A stretch of DNA of 62,991 bases, filler included, from Globobulimina sp. (Eukaryota), in the NCBI GenBank assembly GCA_003354225.1. It is 13 parts of 13 records of this genome, joined end to end, with 100 filler letters (N's around TTAATTAATTAA, not from the genome) between each part and the next. Parts side by side here need not be neighbours in the genome. Positions count along the whole stretch, not along the records: positions 53,396 to 58,143 come from PIVH01000953.1; positions 58,244 to 62,991 come from PIVH01000954.1; 11 more parts are not named here. One strand, written 5' to 3'. How positions within the stretch are numbered: position 1 is the first letter of the stretch; every line of letters starts with the position of its first letter. Shown one piece after another: positions 56,726 through 62,991 of the stretch. The position numbers and the translations under genes were made by a program. The notes beneath the pieces are model-generated. The model was not told the DNA's origin. It saw only the letters and a list, made by a program, of their open reading frames with translations, and did not search any database.

Positions 56726-56836
56726 CATCTCAGATTTTCCAAATCAATGTGTTTGGAAAATGCACGTTTGTCGTTTGTAGTTACACACTTGTGTAAGAAG
56801 CTAAAACTTTGACGGCCTCTTTAAGATTACTGAACC

Positions 56837-57961
56837 ATGGCGCTTTCTGACTTTTCACATAAAAATAAAAAAAAGAAACCAGAAAGTGTCGAAGGAGTAA
56901 GAGATGACATTGTTAAGATATTGTCAACAACTAAAGTAAGCGAATTAGAATTAAAGGATAAAGCTGTTATATTAAACGCAAATACAGTTTAGAATTGAAT
57001 TGTATTTATAATATAAATAATTGAATCTAAATTAAAATCTAAACAGAATCCAAAGAAAGCGATAGAAATATTGGTCAAGAACCGGGTGAGAGCCGCTCCC
57101 GTTGTGGACAAGAATGATTTTGTCGGTGTTTTAGATTTACGAGACACATTACCATACGTCTTAGCAGCATATGATGCGTTATACAAATACCCCATTGCCG
57201 CCATCACGGACGTCGACGCAGACGATGCCAAACAAAACAAACAAGCACAAGCCATGGAATATTTAGTTGGTAAACACAGTTCGCTGCAAAGCCAAACATT
57301 AACGCATTTATGTAAACATCGGCCATTCCGTGTAGTTTTAGCGAGTGATTCATTATTGACCTTAGCCAATGTATTCGCATTAGGCTCGCATGTCGTTGGT
57401 GTGATAGCCGATGATAAGAAATTAATTGGTGTAGCAACGCAGGGCTATTTCTTCCAGCAATTAGCTAAAAAATGGAAATTTGAGCATTCCTGTTCATTGG
57501 ACTCATTATTTAAATTATCATATATAACCTCACCGATCATCTCTGTCAACAAAGCCACCAAAGCTGTGGATGCGTTTAAGATAATGAATAGGGAGAATTT
57601 ATCGGGTCTGGCGGTGTTAAATGGCGACGGCGTGTTGATACATAATACATCGGCAACAGATATTAAATTGTGGCTATTGAAAGGTGAACAATCATTGGAT
57701 GAGAGTATTGAGTTATTTTTAATAAATATACGCAATTTGTCCATTGACGAACGATATCCAATCACTGTTTGTTCATTGCAGGATTCTTTCAAAAAAGCGA
57801 TACAGAAATTGCAAGCCACACAGTATCATCGGTTATGGATTGTTGATCAAGAAACAAAGCCGATTGGCGTGTTAGCATTGACTGATGTTTTTAGGTTTAT
57901 TGTTGGCGTTGAAAAAAAGCAAAAGGTTGACAATGATGATATCGATCAAAAAACACAGTAA
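56837..57961 (+). CDS. Four-CBS-domain protein (AMPK gamma/SDS23-like); intron 56987-57046
   Basis: RVRAAPVVD...FVGVLDLRD, LSGLAVL...SATDIK, YHRLWIVD...PIGVLALTDV. Confidence 0.85.
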
Positions 57962-58449
57962 TTTTAACTAATATTTTGTACATATATAATGTAAACATTT
58001 CAATTTTTATATCATTTGCTTAAAGCGTGTTAACACATTTTTGGGTACACCAAGTTTTGCCTATCAAAAAAGCAATATCCAACTCCACTGTGTTTACATA
58101 AAAAAACAGGACCAAACAGTAAATACACTGTTTGCCAAACAGTNNNNNNNNNNNNNNNNNNNNNNNNNNNNNNNNNNNNNNNNNNNNTTAATTAATTAAN
58201 NNNNNNNNNNNNNNNNNNNNNNNNNNNNNNNNNNNNNNNNNNNTACAGAGTCTCATCACCGCCACAGTACAAAATAATGTCAACTATGTTTTTATTTGTA
58301 ACACTTATACTGCAATGCCACCGTATTGGAGTTTGGAAAAGCAAGATGTAAAATAATGTATATTTGATATATGTCATGTACGTGTGTTTGTGTGTACATT
58401 TGTATAATTAATCTTGATAAAAAAATGCGTTTCATCTGCTTGAAAGTTT

Positions 58450-58635
58450 TCAGTTGTTGTGGGTTGTGCGAAAATTGTTGTAATATGTATCTGCTGTCGA
58501 CATTTTAATACCTCTCGATGACATAACTTCTAATCCAATCGCATGAACTGGTAAATGTCTCCATATATTATGATTATGATTGGAGTTACGGGAACGACCT
58601 AAATTATATACATTAAAATCTGTATTTAAAATCAT
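58450..58635 (-). pseudogene. Probable truncated N-terminus of a tyrosine recombinase downstream of RT/RNase H
   Basis: RGIKMSTADTYYNNFR resembles the ST..TY helix at the start of DIRS-type YRs and sits in the expected position after RT-RH. Confidence 0.4.
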
Positions 58636-58767
58636 ATTATTTTAATCTGAATGTGTCAAAATTTGATGTACAAACATTGTCTCATTATAAATACAAATAC
58701 AAATTTGCAAATTAGGTGATTTGATGTACAAATAAAACTATTCAGATACATATAAAATAATTAATAA

Positions 58768-60675
58768 TCATAATAATGATAGATTTGGATATTGAAATTT
58801 GATGGGCGAATTATCAAAATTGGTAAAATTACGCGATTTGCAATGTGCTAAGAATTTAGCCACATCAAACCGTGATAAATCATCTGCATAGAGATTCTCT
58901 GACGTTTTAATATAATTAATCTTAACTTTTAATTCATTTTCAAAACAAAACCAAACAGTCCATCTTATACAATCCATTAAAAACATATCATCCGTGTTTT
59001 TAGAGCTGAATACCGCTTCACAGTGCTGATTGTCACACCGTAAGTTGATATCAATATTCTTTTCAAAGAATTTCTGATACGTATTCAATGCGGCTACGAT
59101 TGCGAGAGCCTCAAAATGAGCGATGTGTTGTTGTTGACTGTAAATAATTGTTTTGTTTTTATCTAAGTATTTATAATAAATATCTAAATATTGCGATGGT
59201 ACAAAATCAAATGACCAATGACCATTGAAATAAGCCCCTATACCCGGCTGCCAATTCGGTCGCTCTCCATTCGTCGCACCATCCGTATAAATGTTCACTT
59301 TTTTACGATTTCCATGATTTACTACATCATAAATACTGACACGATCACATTTATACATATATTTTAGCCATAAATGGGCATCTTTTAATTCATGTTCACA
59401 AAAATACATTAATGAAATATCATCGCCATATATACGTTTGTGGGCGGTTAGTTTCATACGTAATCGCCTTAAAAATGCTGTTCCCGGCCACATTAAGGCC
59501 GCCATCCATGTGAGACTTCCAATTAACGACTCAAATTTGTCACTCATCAACATATTGCAACTTAATATAATGATTAGTATCAATATTACTTTTCTTTTCT
59601 TTTCTGGACCTGGACCCACTGTCATATCAGATGTGTCGTATATTAATCCACAAACTTCCATTATCCACGAAACGATCTTACGTTTCTCAGCCTTTTCAAT
59701 GTAGCCACATAATCTGATAAATTCGAAGAATTTACTCATCAAAAATGTTTCTCGCTTCCTGTCGGAGAACGGAAACGATTTTATAAACCCAATATGGTCA
59801 TCAATATAAACTAAATTGTCGATTCTTTCATTGTTTAATAGATACGGTCTAATCCAATGTTTAAATGCTAATATGAGTACATTGCCAAAGTCCTGGGAGT
59901 GTTTTGAAGCTCCTTTACTTCCATAAATATCACAGGTATCAATTAAATCCATTCCCATAAATTTGTAACCCATAAATTTCCATTCACTCGAATCCATTCC
60001 TAACTGTCTAAAAGCATCGGCTCCATCCGTTTTAAACATGAGACAGAAGCGTCCCATAATAATTAATTTGTTGCAAAAGTCTTTACAAAGCGGCACCTGC
60101 ATTCTATAATCAATTGGTGCTGTTAATGCATTGATACTATACGTCCAGAACGAGGAGAATGTAGCATGTCTACATATCCTCGCTTTGCTAAATCTTTGTG
60201 TCTTCCATGTAACCGGCTGTCCTGTTTTCTTATCGACTGCTACTAATTGGATAAAATTAATTATTTTCTGATTACTGTCTAATAACACATTTCTTGGCCC
60301 AATTTTACCTAATTCAATTTGCTCGGATAAATTTCTACCCACTTCAATTAATTCCAAAATACTGAAATCTTGCATACGTTTTACTGTTTGATTCATTTTT
60401 ATATTGTCGTTATTTGTAATACCTAATTTCCAGCCATGTTTCAGGCAAATTAGGGTGTTATTGATCAAAATGTGTAGTTTTGGATCATTGCCAATTGGGA
60501 TTTGTCGAATTGCATTGATTATAAATGTATTGAATGGCTGTTGATGTAATTTTGATTTTACATATTTAAAATTCTTAATCGCCCTTTTAAAGCGACGTTG
60601 TACAATGTCCCACAATATATTGTTCCATAAAGATGGATTTGAATATAATTCTATATAAATTGTACATGTATTACA
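58768..60675 (-). mobile_element. Reverse transcriptase-RNase H ORF of a DIRS/Ngaro-like retrotransposon
   Basis: RT: FKTDGADAFRQL, IYGSKGAS, VYIDD, VCGLIYDT, LIGSLTW. RNase H: IYTDGA, HIAHFEALAI, LRCDN, NLYADDLSR. Confidence 0.88.
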
Positions 60676-60870
60676 TCATAAACATTCCCAATTGACACAT
60701 TTTAATGACAATTATTGTATGAACACCGTTGAATCCTATCACATCCGGAATGATGTTATAAGTATCAAGGTATAATCATATATGCTCAAATTTCAGTACA
60801 TGGTTATATCTTATACCAACATAACAATTATTAAAAAATCAACACACAACATTTTTTCCACACAAGTCCT

Positions 60871-61749
60871 TCAATCATCCAATTCTTCGCAGACCAACAC
60901 ACAGTTTGTAAATGTTGCTTGATGAGTGCCATCACCAGTAGCATATAATCGGATTGTTCTATTTTCTTCATTCTCATTGCCATTCAAATCAACAATACCC
61001 ATATTCGATACAGAAAAATAAGAACTGCCTGCTTTAAAAGCAGGAGTATGACAACCATTGTTATCCCCTAACTGTGTATTGCCTTTTTTAAAAAAGTAAT
61101 AAACCCAACTATTGGCCGAATGAACCCAAAATGAAAACTGACATAAATATCGGCCTGCTTTTTGTGGCAACGTAATGGACACCAAATAATTATTTAGATT
61201 ATACGTTGTTTTATCTGTTGTTGATTTTGGGTTCTGTGCAACAGCTTTTTTCCATCGTAAGCGTGCCGGTTTGCTTTCAAGTTCTTTTATTCTGTCCTCT
61301 GCTGCTTTTAAGCGTAATTTTAGTAAATCAATTTCATTCATTTCTTTTGCGGGGATCGTTAATGCAAATTTAATGGATGTCCATTCATCGGGAGAATATA
61401 AGATATTGATCTGTAGATATTTGCCATGCTCAACGTTGAACTGTACAGGATGCGATTTATTGTTTCTTGACAAACAGTGCATGAGTAAACCAGTACATTT
61501 TTGTAATGGCATATGTTCGCATTTTGCATCTTTTTTGAGTTTAACGCAATCAGCAACAGTGAAGGTTTTGTGGTAAATTTGAAATTTATGTTCTGATGTT
61601 TTATCTGTAAAAATGAAATGCATGCATTTACCTTCCTCGTTTTCATAATTTTGGGCTTCAAATGTCGCTAAATCTAAATCGAATTGGTCCATTAATGATG
61701 ATGTTTGTCTGTCATCTTTGACATCGTCTTCTTTTTTCTCATCTGCCAT
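60871..61749 (-). CDS. Hypothetical protein: N-terminal domain, short coiled coil, beta-rich C-terminal domain
   Basis: 292-aa ORF with an LLKLRLKAAEDRIKELE coil. Confidence 0.7.
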   Translation of the reverse strand: MADEKKEDDVKDDRQTSSLMDQFDLDLATFEAQNYENEEGKCMHFIFTDKTSEHKFQIYHKTFTVADCVKLKKDAKCEHMPLQKCTGLLMHCLSRNNKSHPVQFNVEHGKYLQINILYSPDEWTSIKFALTIPAKEMNEIDLLKLRLKAAEDRIKELESKPARLRWKKAVAQNPKSTTDKTTYNLNNYLVSITLPQKAGRYLCQFSFWVHSANSWVYYFFKKGNTQLGDNNGCHTPAFKAGSSYFSVSNMGIVDLNGNENEENRTIRLYATGDGTHQATFTNCVLVCEELDD

Positions 61750-61855
61750 GATTATAAAACTATGCGGCTTTGGGTGTATATCTTGATAAAAACACTACAA
61801 AACTGCAAAACTCATTCTTTCCATCTGACCATTGAGCATAAACCAAAAAGTCAAT

Positions 61856-62947
61856 ATGTCATCCGACCATTGCGCAGAAAGCAAAAATATGTGGTTTAAG
61901 AGCGGCAAAGAATTGCAAGATATTCGAGAGTCGTTAATTGCAAAATGCAAACATCACAAATTTGCAATTCCTGCAAAAGTATTTAAAAAAAACGTTAACA
62001 AAAAAGCCAAATTAGCCAATACAAAAAGGCAATACAAAAAACCAACGTTTAACAAGGACGAAAAATACGACGAGGACGAAAAACACGACGACAAACAACA
62101 AAAAGGAACAATGTTTTCTGATGTTGAGAGCATGAAATGTTTGCTGAATATTAAGAATACAGCGTTAGAGAAAGAATTAAAGACAATGGAGAAACAATTA
62201 GTTGCCGCAAAACATGTATCTCGAAAATGTCAGGGTAAAGGTTGTAAGGAAACGGCACCAAATAATTATCCAAATAACACTTTCCTTTGCGGTAAACATA
62301 GACAAATGTTACGTAATAAATTGCAATGTGTCATACCATGTGGCGGTTCACAAGAAGAGAAACAAAAATGTAGAGAATTAAAATTAAACTATGAAGGACT
62401 TTGTCAGTCAATAACTACAGATACCGATCAATCATTGAATAAAAAAGATTTATATCCGTCTGATTATTTTACTGTATCATTGGCTAAATTATTATTCTGC
62501 CGACAGCAATTAGATAAAGTAGACACTTCGCAGTTTGATGATAAATGTTCACAAAGAACGCAGCAATTAAAAGAGGTTGTGGATAAATTAATGGATTTAC
62601 TGATTGCAGGAAGGCAAAAGTTGAATGATTTTTGGGATCGAGTATTTGAATTTATCATTTATGTGATTCAAAAATTAGGAATCATAGCTGACCATATAGG
62701 GACAAGATGGGTAGGATTCAATACATGGATAGTAACACATTCAGGTTATATATTTGCATTATATTCATGTATTGTGGTATTGTCGGGCGCGATTTTGAAT
62801 TTTGTTATTTTTGGTGATGCAAACGAAAAAAAGATGGCAGGATGCGCTGCAATTGGGATGGGAATTGGTGCAATTTTGGGAGGTCCAGCTGGAGTAGCAG
62901 TTGGAGGACTAATTGGTGGGGGGATTGGTGCTCTTTTGTATGGTTAA
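61856..62947 (+). CDS. Hypothetical protein with Cys motif and C-terminal glycine-zipper TM region
   Basis: CQGKGC...CGKH motif; C-terminal GMGIGAILGGPAGVAVGGLIGGGIG. Confidence 0.65.
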   Translation: MSSDHCAESKNMWFKSGKELQDIRESLIAKCKHHKFAIPAKVFKKNVNKKAKLANTKRQYKKPTFNKDEKYDEDEKHDDKQQKGTMFSDVESMKCLLNIKNTALEKELKTMEKQLVAAKHVSRKCQGKGCKETAPNNYPNNTFLCGKHRQMLRNKLQCVIPCGGSQEEKQKCRELKLNYEGLCQSITTDTDQSLNKKDLYPSDYFTVSLAKLLFCRQQLDKVDTSQFDDKCSQRTQQLKEVVDKLMDLLIAGRQKLNDFWDRVFEFIIYVIQKLGIIADHIGTRWVGFNTWIVTHSGYIFALYSCIVVLSGAILNFVIFGDANEKKMAGCAAIGMGIGAILGGPAGVAVGGLIGGGIGALLYG

Positions 62948-62991
62948 CGTGTGTCAGATTGTGAGTAGAGTAATTTTCTCAAAGTATATAA

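Noticed and set aside
47005-60675. Treating the YR and the RT-RH as one element
   Set aside because: They are on different contigs separated by three linkers, and the YR N-terminal sequences differ.
1-62991. Alternative genetic code
   Set aside because: Conserved genes (acs, ARL8, tatD, clamp loader) read through in the standard code, and breaks are explained by introns.

Overview
This window is not one locus. It is 13 unrelated contigs of about 4.75 kb, sorted by decreasing length and joined by 100-nt artificial linkers (N-run/TTAATTAATTAA/N-run). Most contigs come from an AT-rich, gene-dense protist genome with short (about 50-95 nt) spliceosomal introns; the gene families suggest a rhizarian/foraminiferan single-cell amplified assembly (inference). 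Eukaryotic genes include a VPS9-domain protein, a Ser/Thr kinase, an SH3-ARM-Q/N-rich protein, a CAP-Gly/SAP/WW/MyTH4-FERM protein, DUF2306, a sulfotransferase-like protein, DUF4246, TatD, 7TM-RGS, a SAM-alpha-kinase carrying a nested antisense ORF in one intron, ARL8, a two-domain multicopper oxidase, an INTS13/Asunder-like protein, ART-like proteins, acetyl-CoA synthetase and a CBS-domain protein. Non-host material comprises a phage-like replication module (helicase, sliding clamp, clamp loader, methyltransferase; 33991-38742) and two bacterial fragments fused to eukaryotic DNA, probably amplification chimeras. There are also two pieces of DIRS/Ngaro-like tyrosine-recombinase retroelements (43695-48446; 58450-60675), the first with an unexplained 730-aa ORF and a dense hairpin array. 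All domain calls were made by eye from motifs; no searches were run.
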